Notes under the pieces: generated by a model
What the model saw: the letters and a program-made list of their open reading frames with translations, nothing else
Databases searched by the model: none
What the model was told of the DNA's origin: nothing
Assembly (NCBI GenBank): GCA_012519165.1
Contig: JAAYQT010000033.1
Location: 1-48,029, forward strand
Length of the DNA stretch: 48,029 bases
Direction: 5' to 3'
Origin: Synergistaceae bacterium
Lineage (GTDB): Bacteria > Synergistota > Synergistia > Synergistales > Aminobacteriaceae
Shown: piece after piece, positions 20,971 to 29,937 of the stretch
Position numbering within the stretch: the stretch's first letter is position 1
Layout of the letters: each line of letters starts with the position of its first letter
Translations under genes and position numbers: made by a program

Positions 20971-21827
20971 GAATAAAATGCCATGCCAGGGCGTTGCTGC
21001 CGCTGATTTTTGCCGCGGCTCTTATTTACGCCCCTTTCCAGGCCTTCGGCGCGGACAGAAAAGAAGTGTTCGTCTCCTCCCCCTGGCTCTTCATGGTAGC
21101 CCGCTTCGTCGGCGGGGTAAATATGGAAGTCAGGCCTATCCAGTACTGGAACGCCGAGGGCGTGGCGGCGCGGCGAATACAGCGGCAGAGAATCCCCTCC
21201 GACTCCTTCATAATCGCCCTGGACTCCAAAGAGGCAGAAAGCCTGGGACTGAAGAAAAACCAGTATCCCAACCTGTCCCCCCTCTACGGCACGGCCCCTT
21301 TCGACAGGGACAGGGCCGAGTTTCAGTACTCGGACCCCTCGGTCCTGCCCTTTATTGCCCAGAGGATGCTTACAGTCCTCTCCAGGTTTGACCCGGGCTC
21401 CTACCCCTACTACCAGAGAAGATTATCGGAGTTCCAGACCAGGCTTGACAGCACGGTCCTCGTGGGCAGGCAGCTCCTGAAAGGCTACCCGGTATTCGAC
21501 CTGTCGGGGGGATTCTCAAGCCTGCTCTCGGCCGCCGGGTGCGACCTTCTTCCCGGGGATGAAAAGCGAACCGCCGCCTGGGCGAGGGGAGAGGACCTTG
21601 AAGGCCTGGCGGCGGCTGTAGATGACGCCCTTAAGAAAAAAATTCCGGTAATTATGGACGGCGGAACCCCTAAAACCGTCCGAACCGCCCTGAAGAACAA
21701 CAAGAATGTCCTGTCGCTGCTCAGGCCCGGCGAGGACCAGGACCTTCTAATTTACTTCCACGACCAGTTTTTAATCCTGTGGAACCGCCTTGCCCCTCTG
21801 CGGGAGGAGAGGCAGGAGGGAAAATAA
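20967..21827 (+). CDS. Secreted protein, TroA/ZnuA-like solute-binding fold (degenerate)
   Basis: N-terminal signal peptide (AFG-A). DPSVLPFIAQRMLTVLSRFDPGSYPYYQRRLSEFQTRLD resembles the backbone helix of cluster A-I SBPs. Confidence 0.55.
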   Translation: MRIKCHARALLPLIFAAALIYAPFQAFGADRKEVFVSSPWLFMVARFVGGVNMEVRPIQYWNAEGVAARRIQRQRIPSDSFIIALDSKEAESLGLKKNQYPNLSPLYGTAPFDRDRAEFQYSDPSVLPFIAQRMLTVLSRFDPGSYPYYQRRLSEFQTRLDSTVLVGRQLLKGYPVFDLSGGFSSLLSAAGCDLLPGDEKRTAAWARGEDLEGLAAAVDDALKKKIPVIMDGGTPKTVRTALKNNKNVLSLLRPGEDQDLLIYFHDQFLILWNRLAPLREERQEGK

Positions 21828-21862
21828 GGCTCCGGCTCATACCTGCAAAAGACGGAGGTTGA

Positions 21863-22849
21863 TCACCGCGCTTGCGGCGTGGCGTGCACAACGTCGGCGG
21901 CGCAAAAAGTCCTCCTCTCTCCGCCGCCATTTACGATGAGCTCCCCGTCCTCGCCTATTCCAGCAGCCGTCCCGGGGAAAACCTCATCCTCTGTAAGGAC
22001 CGAAACTCTTTTCCCGATGGTGGAGCACTGCTCCCTGTAGTCCGAAAGCAGGGAGGCCCCGCCGTCCCGGCCCAGGCCGTCTACCCGCCGGTAAAGATTT
22101 TCAATAATTGCTGCGCAGAGGGTCCCCCTGTGAACGGCGCCCCGGTCTTCGGAAAGGACCGCGCCGTAGTCTGTCCCGTCCTCCCCTGCCGCAAAGACGT
22201 TAAGGCCTATGCCGGTGCAGCAGTCCCTTATTCTTTCGGAGTCGGCGGAGGCCTCGGAAAGGATGCCGCAAAGTTTTTTCCCCCCGATGAGCAGATCGTT
22301 GGGCCATTTTATATCCGGGAGAAGGCCGCAGCAGGAATTCACCGCCTCCCTTACCGCCAGCGCAGCGGCCAGGTTTATCAGCTGAAGCCGCCCCGGGGGA
22401 ATGCGGGGCCTGAAAAACACTGAAAAATATAGCCCCCTTCCCCGGGGGGAGAGCCATTTTCTGTCCCGTCGGCCCCTGCCTACGGTCTGTTCTTCGGCGA
22501 TTACCACCAGACCGTCGCCGTCCGTGCGCCGGCCGATTTTCTTAGCGGTCTCCTGGGTGGAGGCCAGAGAGTCGAATAAATAGATCTCCTCGGCCCAGGG
22601 GCAATCGGGCGGAATCAGGGCGCCTATCATGGACGGGGCCAGGTCGTATGAGGGCGTTCCGTTCATAATATAGCCCTCCCGGGGGACGGAGCTTATGTCA
22701 AAGCCCTCTTCGGTCAGATCCCCGACGGTTTTCCATACGGCCTGCCTGGACAGGCCCAGCTCCGATGAAAGGTAAGCCCCGGAGATAAGAACGCCCGGGG
22801 ATGCGCTCAGCAGACGGCAAAGTTCGATAGTCGCCCGTCGCGATTTCAT
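21863..22849 (-). CDS. birA: Bifunctional biotin ligase/repressor BirA (group II)
   Basis: N-terminal HTH (SRQAVWK), STQ, QTVGRGRRDRKW, KWPND, KLCGIL. ATG at 22849 after GGAGGAG. Confidence 0.93.
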   Translation of the reverse strand: MKSRRATIELCRLLSASPGVLISGAYLSSELGLSRQAVWKTVGDLTEEGFDISSVPREGYIMNGTPSYDLAPSMIGALIPPDCPWAEEIYLFDSLASTQETAKKIGRRTDGDGLVVIAEEQTVGRGRRDRKWLSPRGRGLYFSVFFRPRIPPGRLQLINLAAALAVREAVNSCCGLLPDIKWPNDLLIGGKKLCGILSEASADSERIRDCCTGIGLNVFAAGEDGTDYGAVLSEDRGAVHRGTLCAAIIENLYRRVDGLGRDGGASLLSDYREQCSTIGKRVSVLTEDEVFPGTAAGIGEDGELIVNGGGERRTFCAADVVHATPQAR

Positions 22850-22878
22850 GGGATCTCCTCCTTGTCTTTCAAGGACAA

Positions 22879-22887
22879 TGATATAAT
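22879..22887 (+). promoter_or_regulatory. Extended -10 promoter for prfB operon
   Basis: TGATATAAT about 40 nt upstream of the prfB ATG. Confidence 0.55.
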
Positions 22888-22927
22888 GAAAAACCACGGG
22901 CAACAATAACTGCGAGGGGGAATCGAC

Positions 22928-24029
22928 ATGGCGATAACACCAAACGCCACTGTTATGGAGGAACTGCGGGCTCTTAGAAAAGACCTTCAGGACAGCCTTT
23001 GACCTGGATTCGATAAAAGAAGAAAAGGAAAAACTGGAGGCGTCCGCCTCAGACCCGAACTTCTGGAACAGGGAGGACTGCCAGACGGTCACTAAAGAAA
23101 TCTCCCGGCTCGGACAAAAACTGGAGATGTGGGAGAGGGCGGACGGCGAATATGAGGAACTGTCGCTTCTTGCGGAGATGCTCTCCGAGGAGGACGACTA
23201 CGAGCTTCAAAAAGAATTTTCAACTAAATCGGCGGAGCTGAAAAAGCTGATCGAAAAGGAGCAGCTTCTGTTGTTGCTTTCAGACGAGCACGACAGCTAC
23301 GACGCCATACTCACCGTTCACGCAGGCTCGGGAGGCCTGGACTCCCAGGACTGGGCGGAGATGCTGCTCCGTCTGTACCTGCGCTGGGCGGAGAAGTCGG
23401 GCTTTAAGGTCAGGATCATAGAAATTGTCCAGGACGAGGAGGCCGGAGTAAAGAACGCAACGGTCCTCATTGAGGGAGATTTTGCCTACGGCTTTCTGAA
23501 ATCCGAAAAAGGGGTGCACCGGCTGGTCAGGATTTCGCCCTTCGACGCCGGGAAAAGGCGGCACACCAGTTTTGCATCAGTGGACGTGGCCCCCGACCTT
23601 CCCGACGACGTGGAGGTGGATATCCGCCCTGAGGATCTCAGGGTTGACACCTACAGGGCAAGCGGAGCCGGCGGGCAGTACGTCAACAAGACTGACTCCG
23701 CCGTAAGAATAACCCACATCCCCACCGGAATTGTGGTCGCATGTCAAAACGAGAGATCCCAGCATATGAACAGGCAGGTGGCCATGCAGGTTTTACGAAG
23801 CAGGCTTTTTGAGAAGGCCATGCGGGAGAGACAGCAGGAGCTCCAGGCGATCCAGGGCGAAAAAAAGGAAATAACCTGGGGCAGCCAGATTAGAAGCTAC
23901 GTTCTTCAGCCCTTCACCCTGGTCAAGGACAACCGGACGGGACACGAGACCGGGAACGTGCAGGCTGTTCTTGACGGCGATATAGACGACTTCATCATGA
24001 GCTTTCTGCGCTGGAAAAAGCAGAACTGA
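22928..24029 (+). CDS. prfB: Peptide chain release factor 2, programmed +1 frameshift (join 22928..22999, 23001..24029)
   Basis: 24-codon ORF ends in CTT TGA C. The +1 frame continues DLDSIKEE...DPNFW into the RF2 body with SPF and GGQ motifs. Confidence 0.96.
22988..23003 (+). other. RF2 ribosomal frameshift cassette
   Basis: CAGGAC-AGC-CTT-TGA-C. Confidence 0.9.
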
Positions 24030-24058
24030 CGGATCAAATTCGGGAGGAAAAACAGCCT

Positions 24059-25912
24059 ATGAAGCCTGTTCGCATTTTTTATATCGCCCTGCTGGCCGCC
24101 ATTCTTTTTGTAACGGCAGTTGAGGGGGCTCCCTTCAGGCCCCTGGAGCCTTCCATGAAAACGGCGTCCCTCAGGCCGGGAATGAAAGGGTATGCCCTTA
24201 CCGTTGTGTCGGGGCGGGAGATAACCCGCTTTCCCGTGGAGATAGTAAGCATAGTCCCCAGAAAAAACTCACCTGAAAACCTTATTATGATTAAGGCGTC
24301 GGGGCCGGTGATTGCAAAAACCGGGGGGATTGCGGCGGGCATGAGCGGCAGCCCCGTTTACATAAACGGAAAGCTCTTAGGCGCTATCGGCTACGGATGG
24401 AACTTCAGCGACCACACCCTTGGCCTGGTGACCCCCCTGGAGGACATGGCCTCCGTGTGGGACTGGCCCGAAAATAAAATAACCCTCCCGCTTGTTCCGC
24501 TGACCGCCGGCCCCGATAAGGACGGGGAAGATAAAAGGTCCGAAGAAAAAGAGGAAAAAGAAAAAGAGCAAAAAGAAACAAAAAAGGATGAAGGGGAGGA
24601 AGATGACGAACCCCTTCTCATAGGCGAGATGTCGCCCCTTTTCATTGACGGGGTCAGCCCGAGAAAGGCGGCCGACATTGCGTCCCTGCTTGGCAAGGAA
24701 AGGTTTGTTCCCGGCGGAGGCGGCGACTCTCCCGTGGAGACGGGCGGGGCGGTACGGCCCGGGGAGGCCATATCGGTTCTTCTGGCCTGGGGGGACGCCG
24801 TTGTGGGCGCCACCGGTACCGTAACGGCCGTTTCTGCGGACGGGCGGTTCATAGGCTTTGCCCACCCGTTCCTGGGCAGGGGTGCGGTGAACTACCCCGT
24901 CGCCCGCTCATACATCCACAGCGTAGTGCCGAGCCTGGAGGCGCCCTTTAAAGTGGGCACTCCCCTGCAGATCTTCGGCACCGTAACCCAGGACAGGCCC
25001 CAGGGCATCGGGGGCAGGATAGGCTACTTCACCCCCTCCGTGTCGGCGGAGCTGAAATTTTCGGATCTTGACAGAAAAACGGCGGGTGAAAAAAAATTCC
25101 GCTTTATCCCCGACCCCTTTATGGGGGCAAAACTTTCAGCAAACATCTTCACCGGCCTCATCGACGACCTATGGGGAAGGAAGGGGCAGGGGACTGCCGT
25201 GACAACCCTCACCCTTCACGGTAAGGATATGGGACAGGGTTGGAGCAGGAAAAATATGTTCTTTTCCGATAAAGACCTTGCCGCCGACGCCCTTAAAGAA
25301 GCGGCTGATCTTTTGGACCTGGTATTTTTAAACCCCTTTTCGGAGATCTATCCCGTGGGGGTTGCGTTGAACGTGGAGTTTACCGAGACGCCAAGGCTGC
25401 TTTATATCGAGAAAATTGAAATAGCGGATAATTCATTCCACCCCGGCAAAACGGTGGAGGTCAAGGTGACTTTAAGGCCCTACAGGAAAAAACAGACGGT
25501 TAAAACGTTTGAGATTACCATCCCCGCAGACGCCGCCGGCCTCTGTGAAATCCTGGTAAGAGGGGGCGGCATTGATCCCCTCAACCAGTCGGCCATCGCC
25601 CAGGGCTGGCAGTCCGTGTCCTCTTTCAGACAAATGTTCACAGAGATGTCGGCCATTGAGACAAACAACGAGCTGATTATCGAGTTCAACTACGACAAAG
25701 TCCCGGCAAAGGGAAAAAAGCGGGATGAAAACGAAGATCCTGTTCCAAAGGAGGACCAGGAGCTTTTGAGCGAGATTAAAAAAAGAAGGCTTGAAGACGG
25801 CACCCTACAGATCTACAGGTCGGAATACGTGGTGGAGGGGCTTCTCCGCAAACTGGTGGCAGTTAAACACCCTGGCGGGGAAAAGGAAGAGGCCTCCGAT
25901 GGCGATGAGTAG
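24059..25912 (+). CDS. Secreted SpoIVB-like peptidase (family S55)
   Basis: Signal peptide, GIAAGMSGSPVYINGKLLGAI serine motif, GTVT...FAHPF. Confidence 0.85.
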   Translation: MKPVRIFYIALLAAILFVTAVEGAPFRPLEPSMKTASLRPGMKGYALTVVSGREITRFPVEIVSIVPRKNSPENLIMIKASGPVIAKTGGIAAGMSGSPVYINGKLLGAIGYGWNFSDHTLGLVTPLEDMASVWDWPENKITLPLVPLTAGPDKDGEDKRSEEKEEKEKEQKETKKDEGEEDDEPLLIGEMSPLFIDGVSPRKAADIASLLGKERFVPGGGGDSPVETGGAVRPGEAISVLLAWGDAVVGATGTVTAVSADGRFIGFAHPFLGRGAVNYPVARSYIHSVVPSLEAPFKVGTPLQIFGTVTQDRPQGIGGRIGYFTPSVSAELKFSDLDRKTAGEKKFRFIPDPFMGAKLSANIFTGLIDDLWGRKGQGTAVTTLTLHGKDMGQGWSRKNMFFSDKDLAADALKEAADLLDLVFLNPFSEIYPVGVALNVEFTETPRLLYIEKIEIADNSFHPGKTVEVKVTLRPYRKKQTVKTFEITIPADAAGLCEILVRGGGIDPLNQSAIAQGWQSVSSFRQMFTEMSAIETNNELIIEFNYDKVPAKGKKRDENEDPVPKEDQELLSEIKKRRLEDGTLQIYRSEYVVEGLLRKLVAVKHPGGEKEEASDGDE

Positions 25913-26528
25913 AGGTCTTTTTTTTACTTTCGAGGGGATTGACGGCTGCGGAAAGTCCACCCAGGCCTGCCTCCTGTATAAAAGACTGACCTCCCGCAGG
26001 GGAGAGGATTCAGTGGTCTGGACCAGGGAGCCGGGGGGATGGGACGGGGGAGAGAAGATAAGAGAACTCCTCCTTGAAAGAGGGACCAGCCACGCCATGA
26101 GCGAACTCTTCCTTTTCATGGCTGACCGGTGCGAACATGCGTCCAGGGTAATCAATCCCGCCCTGGACGCCGGAAAGACCGTTCTTTGCGAAAGATATAC
26201 GGATTCAACCATTGCCTATCAGTCCTGGGGCGGGGGCATCCCCCTGTCCAGGATAGAGGAGATGTTTAACTGGTGCTCCTTCCCCGTCCCCGATCTTACT
26301 TTTTTTATAGATATAGGGCCGGAAGCGGCCCTTGAGAGAGTAGTCCGCAGGGGAAGGCCCGACTTCCTGGAAAAAAAAGGCGCGTCCTTTTTGGAGAGAG
26401 TAAGAGAGGGCTTTGTCTTCCTCTCCGAAAGGGAGCCGGAAAGAATTGTCCGCCTTGACGGCGGCCTGGGCATAGAATCCTTGGCCGGCGAGATTGGCGA
26501 CAAGGCGGAGGTGCTTCTCCACCGTTGA
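25899..26528 (+). CDS. tmk: Thymidylate kinase
   Basis: FTFEGIDGCGKSTQ, TREPGG, ERYTDSTIAYQ, PDLT. Confidence 0.95.
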   Translation: MAMSRGLFFTFEGIDGCGKSTQACLLYKRLTSRRGEDSVVWTREPGGWDGGEKIRELLLERGTSHAMSELFLFMADRCEHASRVINPALDAGKTVLCERYTDSTIAYQSWGGGIPLSRIEEMFNWCSFPVPDLTFFIDIGPEAALERVVRRGRPDFLEKKGASFLERVREGFVFLSEREPERIVRLDGGLGIESLAGEIGDKAEVLLHR

Positions 26529-26962
26529 AGGTTAAAAAAGGGGATGAAGAAAGAGTCTCCGGGGGAATCTCCGGATTTCATACGCAAAAAAGGGGAGGGG
26601 CTTCCACTTCAGGAGGCGTCCGGGCGGCGTCTTTTTCCCAGTCCCTGGAGAACGCCGAAATAAAGGAGCTGCTGGAGAGGCTGGATCTCATTGCCTCCCG
26701 TATCAGCCGCTTCCCTGCCGAACGGGACCTGGTTCAGTACAGAGAGCTTGTCAGGGAGCTCCTGCGCAGAGCGGTGGGGAGACTCCGGATAAAAAGGGAC
26801 ATGAGGTGGAGAAGAAACGACCGAAACCTCTTTGTAACGGTGGAGAAGGCTGAAACTGCCCTGGAAGAGCTTGAGAAGGTTTTTTACAGGGAAGGGGCGC
26901 GCACGAGGACGCTTCAGCTTATGGAGGAGGTAAAAGGGTGTCTGGTCTCCCTTCTGCTTTGA
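26525..26962 (+). CDS. yaaR: YaaR/DUF327 family protein
   Basis: Helical protein (YRELVRELL...EVKGCLVSLLL) positioned between tmk and holB as in Bacillota. Confidence 0.75.
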   Translation: MKVKKGDEERVSGGISGFHTQKRGGASTSGGVRAASFSQSLENAEIKELLERLDLIASRISRFPAERDLVQYRELVRELLRRAVGRLRIKRDMRWRRNDRNLFVTVEKAETALEELEKVFYREGARTRTLQLMEEVKGCLVSLLL

Positions 26963-27711
26963 CTGCCTCCGAATCATGGGAGAGAATTAAATTCTTTGCA
27001 GCCCGGGGGGCCTTTCCTCACTGCGCCCTTCTGGCGGCCCCTGCGGAGTTGCAGCTTCAGGCCGCCGCGGACCTTGCGGCAATGCTCCTCTGCGAGGCCG
27101 GTTCCGGCAAGGACGAATGCGCCGCATGCAGGGCGTGGTCCAACGGGAACCATCCCGACCTCATTACCGGGGGGGAACCGGGGAAACCTCCGACGATAGG
27201 GGACTGCCGGGAAATAATCCGGGATATCGCCTATAAACCTGCGGTCTCCTCCAAAAGGTGCGCGCTAATATTTTCGGCTGACCTGATGCAGCTTCCGGCG
27301 GCGAACAGCCTTTTAAAACTCGCCGAAGAGCCGCCTGACCACGGTATAATAATTTTTACGGCCGCCGATGAAAATCGCGTCCTACCCACCATCAGGAGCA
27401 GGGCATGGCTCCTTTCCCTCCCGGACGGAGGGCGGTCCGGGGAAGAGACGGCCCCCCCGTCGACGGCGGAAGAGTGGGAGAAGTGGACGGAAAAAAACAG
27501 CGGTCTCGAATTTGACGAATTCCTTAAGCAGTTCGATCCATGGATAAGCCGGCTTGCCGGGTCGGGAGATTACGACGGCGCCTGGAGGGCTGAGCGGCTG
27601 AAGGCTCTTCTTTCCACAGGAAGGCTTTCCCGGACTATGGCCATCGATTTAACGCTTCTGGCTCTCAAGGAGGGTATAGATTTTGAGCATCTATTTGGCG
27701 ATTTTTGGTAA
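26959..27711 (+). CDS. holB: DNA polymerase III delta' subunit (short, divergent)
   Basis: Zn-type Cys cluster, NHPD, AANSLLKLAEEPP, LPTIRSR, plus synteny. Confidence 0.8.
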   Translation: MTASESWERIKFFAARGAFPHCALLAAPAELQLQAAADLAAMLLCEAGSGKDECAACRAWSNGNHPDLITGGEPGKPPTIGDCREIIRDIAYKPAVSSKRCALIFSADLMQLPAANSLLKLAEEPPDHGIIIFTAADENRVLPTIRSRAWLLSLPDGGRSGEETAPPSTAEEWEKWTEKNSGLEFDEFLKQFDPWISRLAGSGDYDGAWRAERLKALLSTGRLSRTMAIDLTLLALKEGIDFEHLFGDFW

Positions 27712-28996
27712 ACCCCGGTATATGGGGCTGTTCGACCTTACGGACCTCCCCCGGGAAAAACTGCTGGTTGCGGAGACCATGAGGGGTACGGAGCTGGCGG
27801 CCCTTGGCGGACCCTTGTCTCCGGAGCAGGAGGAGAGATACAGAAACGCGTGCGGCGACGAATTTTCCGACGGCCAGGTGAAGGGCGGGGAACCTTCCCT
27901 CCAGGAGATAACATACCTGAGGGAGGCTACCGACGAAGATATAAACGAGGCGGCTCTGGCGAGGGAAGAGGAGGACGCTGTCCTCCTGAAGGCCAGGGAA
28001 ATTTTACAAAACCACAAGCTTGCCATGAAGCTGGTGGACGTTGAATTTCTCCTGGACCGGAAAAAGCTGTTTTTCTACTTTACATCGGAACAGAGGGTGG
28101 ATTTCAGAGCCTTCGTCCGCGACCTGGCAAAGGAGTTCAAGACAAGAATAGAACTCCGGCAGATCGGCGTGAGAGACGAGGCCAAGGCGGTAAAAGGCCT
28201 GGGCCCCTGCGGTCGGCGCTGCTGCTGCTGCAGCTGGCTCCACAGGTTTACGCCCATCTGTATAAAAATGGTCAAGGAGCAGAACCTGGCCCTTAACCCC
28301 ACGAAAATATCCGGGATTTGCGGCAGGCTAATGTGCTGCATGTCCTACGAGCACCACCTGTACGGAGAATTGTGGAAGGGGCTGCCGAACCCTGGTTCGA
28401 AAATTAAAACCCCGACCGGCAACTACCTGATGGACGGGGTGGAGCTGTCGTCGGAGTCAATCTGGGTCAGATCGCCCGAAGGCAAAGAAATTCTTGTCAA
28501 GGTAGCGGATTTTGCGCAGTTCAGGGAGAAAGTGACCGCCGGGGAGGCCTGGGAACCGTCCGGCTTCCGGGAGCTTTCGGCGGAGGCCGCGGAGGAGAGG
28601 GCAAGGCCGCCAAAAAGAAGGACGGCGGAGATCAAGGCCGAGCCTGCGTCCGCGCCGGTTAAACCCTCCTTTAACCAGGAGAAGCGAAGAGGGCCGGAAA
28701 AAGTACCTGCTGAAAGACCCTCGCCGGAAAAAACGGATATAAAACAAATACCCTCCGAGGACGGCGGCGGGAAGAAGAAAAGACGCAGAAAAAAGCCCGC
28801 CCCCCGCCCGGTAAAGGGCGATACAGCTGAAACTTCGGCGGCCTCCGCTGCCGGCCTTGATAAGGCGAAGGAAAAGCAGCCTTCGTCAGACGCCCAGAGA
28901 AAAAAATCCCAGGCCAGGCGCCGCCGGCCACCGAGGGGAGCCGGTGAAAACCGGGGCGCTCCCCAAAATACAAATAGCTCTGCGTCGGGAGAGTAG
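27683..28996 (+). CDS. ricT: PSP1-domain RicT/YaaT protein
   Basis: FYFTSEQRVDFRAFVRDLAKEFKTRIELRQIGVRDEAK, CGR..CC, ISGICGRLMCCMSYE. Confidence 0.9.
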   Translation: MSIYLAIFGKPRYMGLFDLTDLPREKLLVAETMRGTELAALGGPLSPEQEERYRNACGDEFSDGQVKGGEPSLQEITYLREATDEDINEAALAREEEDAVLLKAREILQNHKLAMKLVDVEFLLDRKKLFFYFTSEQRVDFRAFVRDLAKEFKTRIELRQIGVRDEAKAVKGLGPCGRRCCCCSWLHRFTPICIKMVKEQNLALNPTKISGICGRLMCCMSYEHHLYGELWKGLPNPGSKIKTPTGNYLMDGVELSSESIWVRSPEGKEILVKVADFAQFREKVTAGEAWEPSGFRELSAEAAEERARPPKRRTAEIKAEPASAPVKPSFNQEKRRGPEKVPAERPSPEKTDIKQIPSEDGGGKKKRRRKKPAPRPVKGDTAETSAASAAGLDKAKEKQPSSDAQRKKSQARRRRPPRGAGENRGAPQNTNSSASGE

Positions 28997-29001
28997 AGAT
29001 C

Positions 29002-29937
29002 ATGTCTTTTTTCCAGAGATTGAAACAGGGGCTTACGGGAGTCAGGGAGCGGTGGAGCGGCGGACTCGCCCGGCTGTTTTCGGGAGGTCCGGCGGACGAG
29101 GAATTCTGGGAAAACCTTGAAGAGATACTGATTGCGGGCGACGTGGGAGTAGATCTAACCCTGAGGCTGGTGGAATCTCTCCGCAAGGATGCCGCATCAA
29201 AAAACCTGAAGTCCGGGGAGGAGCTTTTCGGCCTTTTTGAGGAAAAGCTTACGTCAATCCTCCTGTCCGTACCCCTCATGGGCGAGCCGGTGCGAGTAGC
29301 CCCGCCCCGGCCCGCCATCATCCTTCTGGCCGGGGTGAACGGAAGCGGAAAGACTACCACCGCCGGAAAACTTGCGTCCCGCTGGACAAGAGAGGGAAAG
29401 ACCGTGATTTTTGCCGCCGCCGACACCTACCGGGCCGCCGCTTCAGACCAGCTTAAAGTCTGGGGGGAGCGGTCCGGCGTAAGGGTGATTTCCCAAAAAC
29501 AGGGAAGCGACGCCGCCGCGGTGGCCTTCGACGCCCTGAACGCCTCCCGGGCCTCCGGGGCAGACGTACTGATAGTGGACACTGCCGGAAGGCTGCACTC
29601 AAGGCACAACCTGATGGAGGAGCTGCGGAAGATCCACCGCATTCTCGACAAGGAGAGGGACGGTTCGGCCCTGGAAACGCTTCTTACGCTGGACTCGGTC
29701 ATGGGCCAGAACGGCCTTGCCCAGGCGGAAAACTTTAACAAAGCCCTCCCTCTGACGGGAATTGTCCTGACAAAGTACGATAATACCGCCAAGGGTGGAA
29801 TTCTCCTGGCCATTGCCGATACCCTGAAGATCCCCGTCCGGTATGTAGGAGTCGGGGAAGGGGTGGAGGACCTTGGAGAGTTTGAGGCAAGGGAGTTCGT
29901 GAGGGCTCTCCTGGGAGACGAAGACCGTGGCCGGTAA
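29002..29937 (+). CDS. ftsY: SRP receptor FtsY
   Basis: GVNGSGKTTT, DTYRAAA, DTAGRL, TKYDNTAKGG. Confidence 0.96.
   Translation: MSFFQRLKQGLTGVRERWSGGLARLFSGGPADEEFWENLEEILIAGDVGVDLTLRLVESLRKDAASKNLKSGEELFGLFEEKLTSILLSVPLMGEPVRVAPPRPAIILLAGVNGSGKTTTAGKLASRWTREGKTVIFAAADTYRAAASDQLKVWGERSGVRVISQKQGSDAAAVAFDALNASRASGADVLIVDTAGRLHSRHNLMEELRKIHRILDKERDGSALETLLTLDSVMGQNGLAQAENFNKALPLTGIVLTKYDNTAKGGILLAIADTLKIPVRYVGVGEGVEDLGEFEAREFVRALLGDEDRGR

Noticed and set aside
24520-24610. A/G-rich repetitive-looking stretch
   Set aside because: It encodes an in-frame Lys/Glu/Asp linker of the S55 peptidase and has no true repeat unit.
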